The notes under the pieces: model-generated | Databases searched by the model: none | The model's input: only the letters and a program-made list of their open reading frames with translations | What the model was told of the DNA's origin: nothing | In this document: positions 8,601 through 17,210 of the stretch, piece after piece | Layout of the letters: each line of letters begins with the position of its first letter | How positions within the stretch are numbered: the first letter of the stretch is position 1 | Origin: a virus | Taxonomy: Duplodnaviria > Caudoviricetes | Direction: 5' to 3' (one strand) | IMG/VR virus record: IMGVR_UViG_3300033067_000687 | Location: 1-40,545 of that record | Length of the DNA stretch: 40,545 bases | Position numbers and translations under genes: made by a program

Positions 8601-10273
8601 ATCTCTTCGAGCCGAGCGCGCTTCCCATCGTCGTCAAGCTTGGCCCGCTCGCGCTTGATCGAGTTGATGTTGTCTTCCAGGCCGAGCGACTGCTGCTGCG
8701 CCTTGACGAGTTCGATCTGGCGCTGGATCTCGGCGCGACGGATCGGATCGCCCTTCGCGGCGACCTCGGCGCGGCGCAGTTCGATCTCCTGCAACTTGAA
8801 CTGGAGGCCGATCTCCTTCTCGCCCTCGTTGCGCTTCTCTTCGATCAGCCGAAGTTGCGCTTCGAGCGGCCGGAGTTGATCCTCGTATCCGCGCTTCAGG
8901 TCTTCGACCGTCCGCTTCAGGCCGGATTGCTCCATGTCGATGTCGCGGACGGTGTTGGTGATCTCGCGGATCTTGCCGTCCAGGTCGGAGATCGCGGCCT
9001 TTGCCGGACCAAGCCCGCCCTTCATGCCCTCGCCGTACGTCTCCATCAGCCGCTTGCCGGCGTCGTCAATCGTGGAGAGCGGCCCCTCGGGCGGCGGCGA
9101 GTTGCCGACCAGGAACGAGGCGATGGCGTTGGCAACGGCGTCCACCGCGCCCTGGATGACGGCAGCGCCGCCCTCGGTGATGCCGCGTGCGTACTCTTCG
9201 ACCAACTTCCAGCCGGACCCGAACATGTCGGAGCCGAACTGCTGCGCGGCCTTGACCGTCTCGGTGAACGCGGAGACGATGCCGCCGGTCAGGGTGGCGA
9301 ACGCGCCGCTGAAGTCGCCGTTGGTCGCCTGCATGAAGGCAGTCTTGATCGCCTCCCCGATGGGCGCGAGGCCTGCCAGGAACCCCTTCAGCGACTCCAG
9401 CGCCGACCCCATGCCGACCTTGAACGCCTGCGTCCACGCCTGGAACTCCTTCGTCTGAAGGAAGTCCGCGACCGCGACCGTCAGCTTGGTCAGGTCTTCG
9501 TAGAGCGGCCGGAACGCATCTGCGAGCGTCTGCTCGGTCACGTCCTTGATCGTGGACATCGCCCCGGCGATGGTCTTGGACGCCTTCTCCATCAAGCCGG
9601 CACCCTCGTACGCCTGCTTCATGGCCTCCCACATCGTCGTGCCGGCGACCTTGCCCTCTGTGACCATCTTGCGGGCGGCGGCTTCCGAGACGCCGAGTGC
9701 CTTTGCCAGCACGGTCCAGGCGTCGGCCATGCCGCCCTCGATCAACTGGTTCATTTCCTCGGCCTGCACCTTGCCCTTGCCGAGCATCTGGGTGATGGCC
9801 GTGGTGATGCGCCCCATGTTCTCCTGGGACAGCTTCCCCGACGCGGCGGCGGCGTTGCCGATGGCCTGGATCGTCGGGATGATCTCCTGCACCGGCACCT
9901 TCGCCGCCGCCAGTCGCGGGGCCAGGGTGGCGAGATCCTTGAACTCGAACGGCGTCAGCGCGGCGAACTGCTTCAGGTCGGCCATGAACGCGCCGAGCGA
10001 GCCGTCTGCCTCCTGCACAAACCGAGAGAGGGAAATCTTCGCGCTGTCGATGGTCTGGTTGAAGTCGATCACCGACCCCTTCAGGGCACCGGCGACCGCC
10101 TTGATGCCCTCGAAGGCAACCTCGAACACCTTGAAGCCGGCCGCGAGGCTCATGCCCTGCTTCATGGTGTCCAAGAAGCCGGCGACTTCCTGCTTGGCCC
10201 CGGCCATGCCGGTCTTCAGTTCGCCGGTTTCGGCTCCGACCGTCACATAGACGCGCGAGATTTCCAGACTCAT
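5630..10273 (-). CDS. Tape measure protein with C-terminal lytic transglycosylase (SLT-like) domain
   Basis: 1547 aa; FAALTPFEF...QMLGKGKVQAEEMNQL TMP motif, coiled coil, Trp-periodic repeats, SPS motifs; HES...GIAQI...ALVAYNGG near the C-terminus. Confidence 0.93.
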   Translation of the reverse strand: MSLEISRVYVTVGAETGELKTGMAGAKQEVAGFLDTMKQGMSLAAGFKVFEVAFEGIKAVAGALKGSVIDFNQTIDSAKISLSRFVQEADGSLGAFMADLKQFAALTPFEFKDLATLAPRLAAAKVPVQEIIPTIQAIGNAAAASGKLSQENMGRITTAITQMLGKGKVQAEEMNQLIEGGMADAWTVLAKALGVSEAAARKMVTEGKVAGTTMWEAMKQAYEGAGLMEKASKTIAGAMSTIKDVTEQTLADAFRPLYEDLTKLTVAVADFLQTKEFQAWTQAFKVGMGSALESLKGFLAGLAPIGEAIKTAFMQATNGDFSGAFATLTGGIVSAFTETVKAAQQFGSDMFGSGWKLVEEYARGITEGGAAVIQGAVDAVANAIASFLVGNSPPPEGPLSTIDDAGKRLMETYGEGMKGGLGPAKAAISDLDGKIREITNTVRDIDMEQSGLKRTVEDLKRGYEDQLRPLEAQLRLIEEKRNEGEKEIGLQFKLQEIELRRAEVAAKGDPIRRAEIQRQIELVKAQQQSLGLEDNINSIKRERAKLDDDGKRARLEEMQFARQEQELQDRIKQAKKDHKDTDGLEGQLKELRLRRQIALDDDKQRAEDNKHKLKNLELREKELGLQRDLDGMVDKNKLAEIAKERELLAVRKEEHTIQQALNDMGADAMKAEVLAQVKAIKDEQTATLAPMLAQLDSLARQKEDLNQLKSQYQGVKSEIEANVRAIKEQEAAAKAAAKAAAGAGGPAAPTGPQSYQRKTDASLEKWAEDQGKMLAEKMSSGVKNWIDKNWFQIVAGSIGAVLGGAAFGPIGAGIGATLGVSLVNKLQDVLGGKLGAAIEYFTNRLKSAFETGGWLSVLGFLGESVLAAGGPLLDNLGTLAVQVLDWVGEASAKLAVKLLEWGTAFVEWVIPEIPNLLSKLGSLLAKTIEWLGAKAGDLLDALGRWGLAFVEWVAPKIFPMLNALGRLLLAVLNWVVRDGLPALVTKLGEWGRAIVDWVGPRIPLVLAELAKLLLAVSIWMATTAVPAILKGAVEIGGALLSGIWDGIQAAWKWLEPYLGQATDWIIKTVKKLFGIQSPSTVFAEIGTALLEGLRDGMAKYWTDTLEGWFGGFKNLVFKAIGWIGTGASGALEWLEDLKSIGKAVLEGLKVGLEEFWKGGSTDGLEKWFQGLKNLIFGAIGWNGEGGLAWVEDLKNIGRGVLDGVLGGMNSFWAETLSPWFNNFKKAIFGALGLDANNPFEVKWLFESGRGLIDAFWDGLKTVWGNESEEGTAANWFQKIIDWIPKFIRDRLEHRSPSHVMFALGENTMLGFLNGVKKIFPDAQSTMKEFIGLFSGVDVDDSDWAKLARDAARRNGFPFPEVFMRQMRHESANWNSDVIWGQGRYASRGEDEARGIAQILSRYHPNVNVYDPFDSLDYAARLMNSHMGEYDDLVKALVAYNGGGGAVGHWERGDPYEESLKYIQAILGGDGIPGIPEMAEGGIVRARRGGTLLRAGEAGQDEAIVPLPAGWKSQQAKDVMHVPVIIGGRVVEDLWIEGRELALRRGRA

Positions 10274-10500
10274 CGCTGCTTCGCCTGATTCTCTCGGGCG
10301 ATCATCTCGGCCGAGTTGGCGTCAAGAATCCAGTTCACCCAGGCGTAGCAGTCGGCCGTTTCCGGGACGCCGGCAAGGACGCACGGGTGGACGTTCACCA
10401 GCCGTGCGGCCTTCACCACGTCGTACCAGTCGGGCACGGACCCCATCAGGCCGTCCGTGCTCAGGAACTGGCAGAGCCGTCGCCCCGGCGTCGGTTTCCC
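10270..10500 (-). CDS. Tail assembly chaperone -1 frameshift extension (gpT-like part of gpGT)
   Basis: -1 frame continues GKPTPGRRLCQFL...AKQR after the slippery site and stops overlapping the tape measure start. Confidence 0.8.
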   Translation of the reverse strand, partial: GKPTPGRRLCQFLSTDGLMGSVPDWYDVVKAARLVNVHPCVLAGVPETADCYAWVNWILDANSAEMIARENQAKQR

Positions 10501-10937
10501 ACGTCGCCCATGATTGCGCCGGTGATGGCGAACAACAGGTCGAGCGGGAAGCCTTCCAGAACGTCGCGGGAGAACTGGATCTTGACAGGCTTCGATCCGG
10601 TGCTGTCGATCACGTCCCAATCGAGCACGAGGCCCGAGTCGGGCTTGCCGGGCTTGCCGCCCAGGACGTTCAAGAGCGCGTCGAAGACCTCGTCCAGCGT
10701 CACGCCGGGCGTGTCGTCGGCCTCGGCCGCGTCGTCGCCTTCCTCGGACCCCTCCAGCGCGGCCTTCGCCTCGTTGGCCGTGGACTGGAGCCGCCCCAAC
10801 TCGTTGTGCAGGCGCGAGGAATAGCGGTGCGGCGCGTACGTGACCGAGAACTCGATCTGCTCGTTGTCGCTCGGGTCGGTCCACTTGACGAGCGCGTCAG
10901 CGGCCTTCCGCTGTAGCTTCGTAAGGTTCAGTGGCAC
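10461..10937 (-). CDS. Tail assembly chaperone (gpG-like)
   Basis: Lies between major tail and tape measure genes; in-frame slippery heptamer near its 3' end. Confidence 0.8.
   Translation of the reverse strand: MPLNLTKLQRKAADALVKWTDPSDNEQIEFSVTYAPHRYSSRLHNELGRLQSTANEAKAALEGSEEGDDAAEADDTPGVTLDEVFDALLNVLGGKPGKPDSGLVLDWDVIDSTGSKPVKIQFSRDVLEGFPLDLLFAITGAIMGDVGNRRRGDGSASS
10494..10500 (-). other. Programmed -1 ribosomal frameshift site G GGA AAC
   Basis: Minus strand reads GAC GTG GGA AAC CGA; X XXY YYZ heptamer in the correct phase. Confidence 0.85.
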
Positions 10938-11046
10938 GGTTGCTGCCCCTTCTTCCGGCGGCGCGCGGGGCGGCAGCGGGCTTGATGTGTCGTGTGTTGC
11001 CGGCTGGCCGTCGATGGGTAGGCCAACAGCCAGCCGGCGAGTCGCC

Positions 11047-12339
11047 TTAGAGGCCGGTCAGCGTATTCCGGACGCTGATCTCGAACGGCTTGCCCCAGGT
11101 CGGATCTTTGATCGCGGCCAACGGGAACTGCGCCGCGAACACGTTCGACTGGTCGCCCAGGCTGCTCGGTGCCTTCACCTGGGCGGCGAAGTCGATGCGG
11201 AGCCGGTAGTAGAGGCTCCCCTCGATCAGACGGCCGATGGTTTCGATGCGGAAGAACCGCGTCTCGTTGTCCCGGACCCGCTCCAGCAGGGCCATGCCCT
11301 CGGAGTCGGCCGACACCATCAGCGTGCCCTCGGCAGACGGCACCGTGTCCACGGTGTCGGACCACGACTCCTGGTCAGCGTCGAGCGTCCAGAACGGCGC
11401 ACGCCGACCAGCGATCCGGAACCCGGTCGCCATCGCGCCGGTCAGCTTGGTCGTCCCCAGGCCGGCGTAGGTGTCGTCCATGTAGACCTTCGCCGTGTTG
11501 CCCAGGACCGGCACCAGCGACAACTGCGTGGGCGCGACGCCGGGGGTCGGCGTGGTGACGGCGACGGTCGGAGACGTGCCGGTCAGCGAGCCGCCGTCAG
11601 CAGTCATGGCGTTGACGTTGGTCTGGCGGTACTGGCCCCGGAACTCCACGTCGTACGGCCCGCCGGCGACACCCGTCACCACCACGTCGCCAACGTCGAT
11701 GTTCGAGAGCGCCTCCAGCGCCGCCTGCACGGCCGACGCCGCCGCGTTGTAGGCGATGGTGCCGGTTTCCTGGGCGTCGAACGTCAGCTTGAACGTGCCG
11801 CCGGTGGCGTTGGTCAGCGTGACCCGCTGCACCTCGTTCGTGCTCATCTGCACGTCGTCGGTGTACTTCTGGGCCATCATCGCACCCGAGAGGTTGACGC
11901 CCTCCCGCCGGAACTCCAGGCCGAACTCGGTGAAGCAGGCGTGCTTGACGCGAGCCGCGCGCCGCTTGTCGCCGTGCTCGACGGTGTACGAGCGGTACTC
12001 GTCGGCGTTGTTGGCGAGCGGGGCGAAGACCCAATCGCGGGTGTTGGTGCCGCCGCCAGGGGTCGTTGGCGTCACGTCGCGGATGATCGACGCCAGGGCG
12101 TACGGCAGTTCCTGGTAGCTTGCGCCGCCGCTGACGGCCAGCGAGGACGCATCGTTGCCGATGCTGGTGCCCGACAGCCAGAGATCACCGGAGGGGCGAT
12201 GCTCGTTCGTGGTGATGTCGAGGCTCGGGGACAACTGCATCGCCGCAAGCTTTTTCAGGGCTGCGACGGCGGTCCCGCGTGCGGTCAGCGACTCCGCGCC
12301 GATCTGGATGGTCTGAAGAGCACTAGGCCGTGGGGCCAT
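11047..12339 (-). CDS. Major tail tube protein with an inserted accessory domain
   Basis: Position; 430 aa; internal NEVQRVTL...GGTFKLTF...TIAYNA...VQAALEAL domain. Confidence 0.8.
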   Translation of the reverse strand: MAPRPSALQTIQIGAESLTARGTAVAALKKLAAMQLSPSLDITTNEHRPSGDLWLSGTSIGNDASSLAVSGGASYQELPYALASIIRDVTPTTPGGGTNTRDWVFAPLANNADEYRSYTVEHGDKRRAARVKHACFTEFGLEFRREGVNLSGAMMAQKYTDDVQMSTNEVQRVTLTNATGGTFKLTFDAQETGTIAYNAAASAVQAALEALSNIDVGDVVVTGVAGGPYDVEFRGQYRQTNVNAMTADGGSLTGTSPTVAVTTPTPGVAPTQLSLVPVLGNTAKVYMDDTYAGLGTTKLTGAMATGFRIAGRRAPFWTLDADQESWSDTVDTVPSAEGTLMVSADSEGMALLERVRDNETRFFRIETIGRLIEGSLYYRLRIDFAAQVKAPSSLGDQSNVFAAQFPLAAIKDPTWGKPFEISVRNTLTGL

Positions 12340-12408
12340 CGGTCAACCCTCCTGCGAGGCTCTGACCGCTGCGGGTGCTCGCCAAAATCTTACACGGATC
12401 GACGGGGG

Positions 12409-12852
12409 CTACGACGTTGATTGGACCGAGAGCACGTAGACGCCGCCCTGGTGGCGGTAGATCGTCCCATCCTCAGCCGCTTCGATTTCCTCGAACGGCC
12501 GCTCGCGGTGGCAGGCCAGCACGACGCCGCCGGTGACGGTCATGACGGCCGCATCCTCGGCGTGGTCGAGCAGGGCATCCACGCGCGACATCGCAGCCTC
12601 AAGCGCCGTGATGTCGGTGTCGCGGATGATCCCGCGCACGATGAACCAGACGTTGACGTAGAAGCGGACGTTGTTGACGCCCCGCACGTCCTCGCTGGTC
12701 ATGTGCGACCAGAGCAGGCGCGGGAAGGTGGCCAGCTCGTCCTGCGGCACCGGGTCGTCGTAGAAGCGGCTCCCGAACGTCGCCTGGAGCGTGGCGTCGC
12801 CGGAGAGCCGCCCGTACAGCCAGCGGCGGGCGATGGTCGTCTCGGGTGTCAT
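12409..12852 (-). CDS. Tail terminator-like protein (DUF3168-like, starts MTPETT)
   Basis: WLYGRLSGDATL...RFYDDPVPQ...FPRL pattern; ATG overlaps the upstream stop. Confidence 0.7.
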   Translation of the reverse strand: MTPETTIARRWLYGRLSGDATLQATFGSRFYDDPVPQDELATFPRLLWSHMTSEDVRGVNNVRFYVNVWFIVRGIIRDTDITALEAAMSRVDALLDHAEDAAVMTVTGGVVLACHRERPFEEIEAAEDGTIYRHQGGVYVLSVQSTS

Positions 12853-13196
12853 CCTCGGATCTCGTCGGCAACGGTGCGGGCGGCAGTCGCCCGCTCGGCT
12901 TCGGCGGCGCGCTTCATGTAGAACTTGCCCGACACCCACCCGCCGCCGCGATGGTGGAATCCGACCTCCTGGGCGAGATCGTACGGCGTGTTGGGCGCGA
13001 CCACCCGCTGGAGCGGGGCCGGCTTGGTGACGTTGATCGAGCGCATCAGGGTCCGCGTCTTCTTCGGAACGAACTCCATCGCGCGGGCCTGGACGCGGCG
13101 CGCGACCTTCTCGACGCCAAGATCAGCCCGAGCGATGACCTGGGCCACAAACTCGGGCATCTTGTCGAAGACCAGCCGCGCGCCAACCTTGACCAC
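12849..13196 (-). CDS. HK97 gp10-like neck / tail completion protein
   Basis: VPKKTRTLMRSI...PYDLAQEVG...GKFYMKRA pattern. Confidence 0.75.
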   Translation of the reverse strand: MVKVGARLVFDKMPEFVAQVIARADLGVEKVARRVQARAMEFVPKKTRTLMRSINVTKPAPLQRVVAPNTPYDLAQEVGFHHRGGGWVSGKFYMKRAAEAERATAARTVADEIRG

Positions 13197-13198
13197 GA

Positions 13199-13378
13199 TC
13201 AGCCCTTCAGCGCCCGCGCGATGTCAACGCCGCCCTCGGCTACGAGGTAAGCGACGACGATGGGCACGATCTGGGAGATCGCGGCGTCGGTCGTGATGGT
13301 GCCCTGGAGCGCCCCGCCGGCGATGGTGAGGATCGTCCCGATGGCGACCCACAACTTCCGACTCTTCATCTTGTTCAC
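13199..13378 (-). CDS. Holin-like protein with two TM helices
   Basis: KMKSRKLWVAIG...IVVAYLVAEGGVD; GGAGG RBS before GTG at 13378. Confidence 0.7.
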   Translation of the reverse strand: MNKMKSRKLWVAIGTILTIAGGALQGTITTDAAISQIVPIVVAYLVAEGGVDIARALKG

Positions 13379-13437
13379 AGTTGGTCCCTCCTGGCGCATC
13401 TCCATGCGCTGGTACAGCCCGACGACGTACGGATCGT

Positions 13438-13770
13438 TCATCGCGGGCGGGGTTTGGCGTGGGCGGCGGCTTCGATGGCCGTCACCCGCGAGTCGATGGC
13501 CTTCATGTCCTCGGTGTTTTCGCGGACCTCACGGGTCAGCCCCGCGACCGCGCTGGCTACGTCGTTCATGGCCTGAGTGTTGGCCGACAGCGCCTTCAGT
13601 AAGACGCCGACCAGCCGCTGATAGGCGACCCACAACCCGCCGATGCCGACCGCCATGATCCCGTACCGCTCGAAGATGTCGGATGTCGGCAGGCCGCTCG
13701 TGACGACATCGACCGCAGCGAGGGCCAGGACCGGGGAAGACGCGACGACGCCCTCTAGGATCGGGTGCAT
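13438..13770 (-). CDS. Membrane protein with coiled coil (probably lysis-associated)
   Basis: Hydrophobic helix YGIMAVGIGGLWVAY followed by a heptad-rich tail; next to the holin. Confidence 0.55.
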   Translation of the reverse strand: MHPILEGVVASSPVLALAAVDVVTSGLPTSDIFERYGIMAVGIGGLWVAYQRLVGVLLKALSANTQAMNDVASAVAGLTREVRENTEDMKAIDSRVTAIEAAAHAKPRPR

Positions 13771-14093
13771 CAGAGAACCTCCGAACAGAGCAAAACGAGC
13801 CGCTCGTGCCGCTCTTCCGGGTCGATCACGGCGGCGATCTCGAAGCGCCGCCCCTGGTAGGCGACGCGCATCCTCGGGGTGACGCCGCTGCGGTGACGGA
13901 TCGTCACCCGGTGCGACAGGTTCGACTGCATCTGTTGGGCGCGCAGCAGTTCGCCGCCCGAGAGCGGTTCGACCGACGCCCAGACAGTCGCTACGGTGGT
14001 AGGAGCCGCGCTGGTCTTGCCGCCGACGCCGTTCGAGGACGTGGCGACCGACTGGAGCGTGACGCGGCGACGGAGCTTGCCGGCCTTCATCAT
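13770..14093 (-). CDS. Head closure protein (SPP1 gp16-like)
   Basis: AGKLRRRVTLQ...VWASVEPLSGGE...HRVTIRHR.GVTPRMRV. Confidence 0.9.
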   Translation of the reverse strand: MMKAGKLRRRVTLQSVATSSNGVGGKTSAAPTTVATVWASVEPLSGGELLRAQQMQSNLSHRVTIRHRSGVTPRMRVAYQGRRFEIAAVIDPEERHERLVLLCSEVL

Positions 14094-14731
14094 CAGATCA
14101 GCACCGTGCGGTAGGCGCTCAGGGCGTCCTGGGCGTCCTGGGGCAGCAGCACGCGGCCGTCGCGGTTGCTGCCGCCCTCGCGGTTCTCGTAGAGGTACGC
14201 CGTCGTGATGAGGATGGCGTCCTTGATCTCGTCAGGCACCGCTGCCGCATCGGCCCAGCCGGCCGTGTAGGTGAAGACGAGTCCGTCAATCGAGCGCAGC
14301 ATGATCGGCCAGACCGACGAACTCTTCAGACCAACCTTGCCCGGCCGGGCGTTGGTATCGACCCAATACGCAGACGCCGCGAGCGTCTCGGACGTGCCGT
14401 CGTCGTTGTAGCCGATGATGCTGGTCACGCCGATCAGCGGGTAGCGCGGCAGTTCCACGATGCGGCCCCACCGGCGATCAGGTCCGTCCTGGGTCCACCA
14501 GCGGTACGCCTCGCCCGAGAGGCTGTCCACCGGCGGGCCGTCGATGGCGTAGCGGAGCGTCTGCGGCAGGCAGGCCACTCGTGCCCATTCCTCGACCCGG
14601 CGGCGGGCGTTCTTCAACAGGCGGGCGATCAGCGCGTCGTCGTCGCTGTCGTCCACCCGCATCCACAGTTTCGCGTCGGCCGTCGTGACCGGCTCGGAGG
14701 CCGGCTGCGACGTGACCGTCAGACTGACCAT
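14093..14731 (-). CDS. Head-tail connector (phiE125 gp8 / gp6-like)
   Basis: EPVTTADAKLWMRVD...VPDEIKDAILITTAYLYENRE. Confidence 0.9.
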   Translation of the reverse strand: MVSLTVTSQPASEPVTTADAKLWMRVDDSDDDALIARLLKNARRRVEEWARVACLPQTLRYAIDGPPVDSLSGEAYRWWTQDGPDRRWGRIVELPRYPLIGVTSIIGYNDDGTSETLAASAYWVDTNARPGKVGLKSSSVWPIMLRSIDGLVFTYTAGWADAAAVPDEIKDAILITTAYLYENREGGSNRDGRVLLPQDAQDALSAYRTVLI

Positions 14732-14733
14732 GA

Positions 14734-15075
14734 CTAGACCTCTCCGGTCCCATCGGTCGGCGCTGCTGGCGGCTCGACTTCGCCGGACGCCACGGAAGCG
14801 CCCGTAGGCGCGTCAGGATCGTCCGATTCAGACGGGTCGGCCGGTGGGCCGTCTGGCGGGATCTCGGCCTTCTCGGTGGGCGCTGCTTCCTTCTTGGCCC
14901 GCTTCGGGGCGGGCCGTGCGGCCGGGGTGCTCTCAACGACGGTCAGCGAGTTGGAGCGCAGCCAGAGGTCGCCCTCGGGGGTCCGCACCTGACAGCCGAA
15001 GATGCCGGCCGCGAGCGGGCGCATGGCGATGACTTCGCCTTCGATCCGGACGATGGTGCCTGGGATGATGTCCAC
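14734..15075 (-). CDS. Hypothetical protein with Pro/acidic disordered tail
   Basis: AGGAG RBS; fills the gap between decoration and connector genes. Confidence 0.55.
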   Translation of the reverse strand: MDIIPGTIVRIEGEVIAMRPLAAGIFGCQVRTPEGDLWLRSNSLTVVESTPAARPAPKRAKKEAAPTEKAEIPPDGPPADPSESDDPDAPTGASVASGEVEPPAAPTDGTGEV

Positions 15076-15089
15076 GAACGACTCCTACG

Positions 15090-15130
15090 AAAACGGCCCC
15101 GGCGGTTGAAGGGGGAGAACCGCCGGGGCC
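15090..15130 (-). terminator. Rho-independent terminator after capsid/decoration genes
   Basis: 13-bp stem GGCCCCGGCGGTT/AACCGCCGGGGCC followed by GTTTT on the - strand. Confidence 0.75.
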
Positions 15131-15160
15131 ACGACTCACGGCTCAGCCGGGGGCGACGAC

Positions 15161-15553
15161 TTACGCCGGAGCCTTTCGGGGGAACCCGCGCACCACGGTC
15201 GCCCCGTAGACGCCGCCGGTGGTGGTGCCGGCCACGACCACCGGCACGCGGATGTACCGCTTGCTGCCGATGTAGCCGAACTCGAAGACGGCGTTGTCGT
15301 GCGCGGCCGTGGTGTCGAGCACCGGCTTGCTGCCCACGATGTCGGCGGCGGCGACCGCCGTCCAGGCCGAGTTGTCGGCCGACTCTTCGAGGCCGATGGT
15401 GTGGGTGCCGTCCGTGATGACCCCGGTGATGACCTGGATCATCGCGCCGTCGAAGCCGGCCAGATCGACGGCCGTGGGCGACGCGACGCTGGCCGTGCGG
15501 GCGGCGAAGGCCAGCGAGATCGCGGTGCTCAGGAGTTGATGGAGCGTCTTCAT
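15161..15553 (-). CDS. Probable capsid decoration/cement protein
   Basis: Immediately after capsid; VDLAGFDG...LEESADNSAWTAV...GSKRYIRV beta-rich pattern. Confidence 0.65.
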   Translation of the reverse strand: MKTLHQLLSTAISLAFAARTASVASPTAVDLAGFDGAMIQVITGVITDGTHTIGLEESADNSAWTAVAAADIVGSKPVLDTTAAHDNAVFEFGYIGSKRYIRVPVVVAGTTTGGVYGATVVRGFPRKAPA

Positions 15554-15625
15554 GGGGGCGTTCCTCCTTAGTAGGCTGGATGGCGGCAGCGGGAGAGTCG
15601 CCCCTCCCGCGCTGGCGTCAGCGGC

Positions 15626-16954
15626 TTACGACCACTTCAGCCGGATGAACGCCTCTTCGAGTACGGGCATCCCGTCCACTTCCTGGCGACCGATGAACCC
15701 GACCTCGTTGGTGGCCGCGTACAGTTCCACCAGCCGCTGCACCTGGAAGCCGAGCACTTCCGCGATCCAGTAGAAACTGAAGTCGGCCAGCATCCCGACG
15801 TAGTTCGAGCCGCTCATGGTCTTCGGCGCGAACTCGGAGAGCGTGTACGGCTGGTCGAGGATCATGTTCGGCAGATCGCCCTGGAGGCCCGGCTGCCAGA
15901 CGTACACGCCGTTGAGATCCTTCAGCTTGCGGACCTCGCGCAGCACGTCCCGGTGGAACATCCAGCGGGCGCGGGCGTAATACTGCGGCTTCAGGGTGTA
16001 CTTCGCGGCGATCAACTTGTCGGCGTCGAGCGCGGACGACGTGGACACCACCACGTCGCGGCCAGTCGAGATGCCGTCTGCCGAAGCCGTGAAGACGCCG
16101 AGCGGCTGCTGCGAGCCGGTGCCGGTCAGGAAGCCCTTCTCCTGGGTGACGGCGAACTTGTAGGCCAGCCGCTCCCGCACGAACGACTCGGGGTTGATGA
16201 CCCGCGCCCGCTGGAGCAGCGTATTGCTGACCTTCGTCCGCTTCGCCATCGGGTGGGGACGGAGGGCGCGCTTGCCGAAGCGGAGCGCCGTGTCCTCGGA
16301 CCCGGTGCCCAACTCGGTCGTCCACTCGGCGTCGTCCATGTCGGTGTCGAAGGTGGGCACGCCCAGGCTGTCGGCGCTGTCCACCGGGATCACCGTCCCG
16401 AACTGGCGCATGAACACCGCGTCGTCCACGAAGCGGATCAACTCGGCGCGGAACTGCTCGGGCGCGGTCAGGAACCCGCCCAGGTCGTCCGTGTTGCCGA
16501 CCAGCGTCTTGTACTCTTCGCCCGACAGGAACTGCGGCCCGGCCTTGATGAACTTGCTGAACGCGCGCTCCTTCGCGGCCTCGGACTCGGAGATGCCGCC
16601 GGCCTGCGCGAGCAGCCAGACCTGGGTGGCGTAGTCCAGCCCCTTCATGCCGCGCACGGCCGCGACGATGCGGGCACGCTCGTCGGCCGGCAGCGCCTTC
16701 TCTTCGGTCACGACGGGCGTGATCGGGAGTTCGGACGCCGGCTGGCCGAACTTCTCCAGCAGCGCCTCGGCGCGTGCCTTCTGGGAGGCGCTGGTCTTCT
16801 CGGCCGACGCCTGGGCGGTCTTCGCCTCGGCCTCATCGAGCAGGCGGTTGATCTGCTCTTCGACCTCGGACGGGCGGGCCTTGCCCTCGTAGGTGTCGAT
16901 CAGCGCGCGGGCCTGATGGGTTAGTTCCCCGGCTTCTTGAAGAAGCGTCTTCAC
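15626..16954 (-). CDS. Major capsid protein, HK97 family
   Basis: Delta-domain coiled coil, GGFLTAPEQF, FLTGTGSQQPLG, YVWQPGL, EVGFIGRQEVDG. Confidence 0.95.
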   Translation of the reverse strand: MKTLLQEAGELTHQARALIDTYEGKARPSEVEEQINRLLDEAEAKTAQASAEKTSASQKARAEALLEKFGQPASELPITPVVTEEKALPADERARIVAAVRGMKGLDYATQVWLLAQAGGISESEAAKERAFSKFIKAGPQFLSGEEYKTLVGNTDDLGGFLTAPEQFRAELIRFVDDAVFMRQFGTVIPVDSADSLGVPTFDTDMDDAEWTTELGTGSEDTALRFGKRALRPHPMAKRTKVSNTLLQRARVINPESFVRERLAYKFAVTQEKGFLTGTGSQQPLGVFTASADGISTGRDVVVSTSSALDADKLIAAKYTLKPQYYARARWMFHRDVLREVRKLKDLNGVYVWQPGLQGDLPNMILDQPYTLSEFAPKTMSGSNYVGMLADFSFYWIAEVLGFQVQRLVELYAATNEVGFIGRQEVDGMPVLEEAFIRLKWS

Positions 16955-17026
16955 AACGTCCCTCCCCTGTGGGGTGGGGCGCTGCCCGCATGGGGGCTGG
17001 CCGCGTGCTATTCGTGGGACCGACCC

Positions 17027-17203
17027 TTAGCGGGCCGGTCGTGGCTCCTTCGACAAGATCGTGACCTTGCCGTCGATCCCGACCTGATAGCGAATGGTGT
17101 TCTTGCACCGACAGTTGATCTGATGCGTCGCCGGGTCGAGGGCCGGCGTCTTGCGGTCCCAGAGCATCCCGCAGCCTGGAAGCGGGCACCGAATCTCGAT
17201 CAT
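17027..17203 (-). CDS. Small zinc-finger protein resembling the Mu Com family
   Basis: MIEIRCPLPGCGMLW...INCRCK. Confidence 0.55.
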   Translation of the reverse strand: MIEIRCPLPGCGMLWDRKTPALDPATHQINCRCKNTIRYQVGIDGKVTILSKEPRPAR

Positions 17204-17210
17204 CGACTTG

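Noticed and set aside
6159-12420. Long + strand ORFs (545, 711 and 526 aa)
   Set aside because: Antisense shadows of high-GC - strand structural genes with no recognisable motifs.
15588-15612. Terminator after the capsid gene
   Set aside because: A short GC hairpin is present but there is no U-tract; at most a stabilising or pause element.
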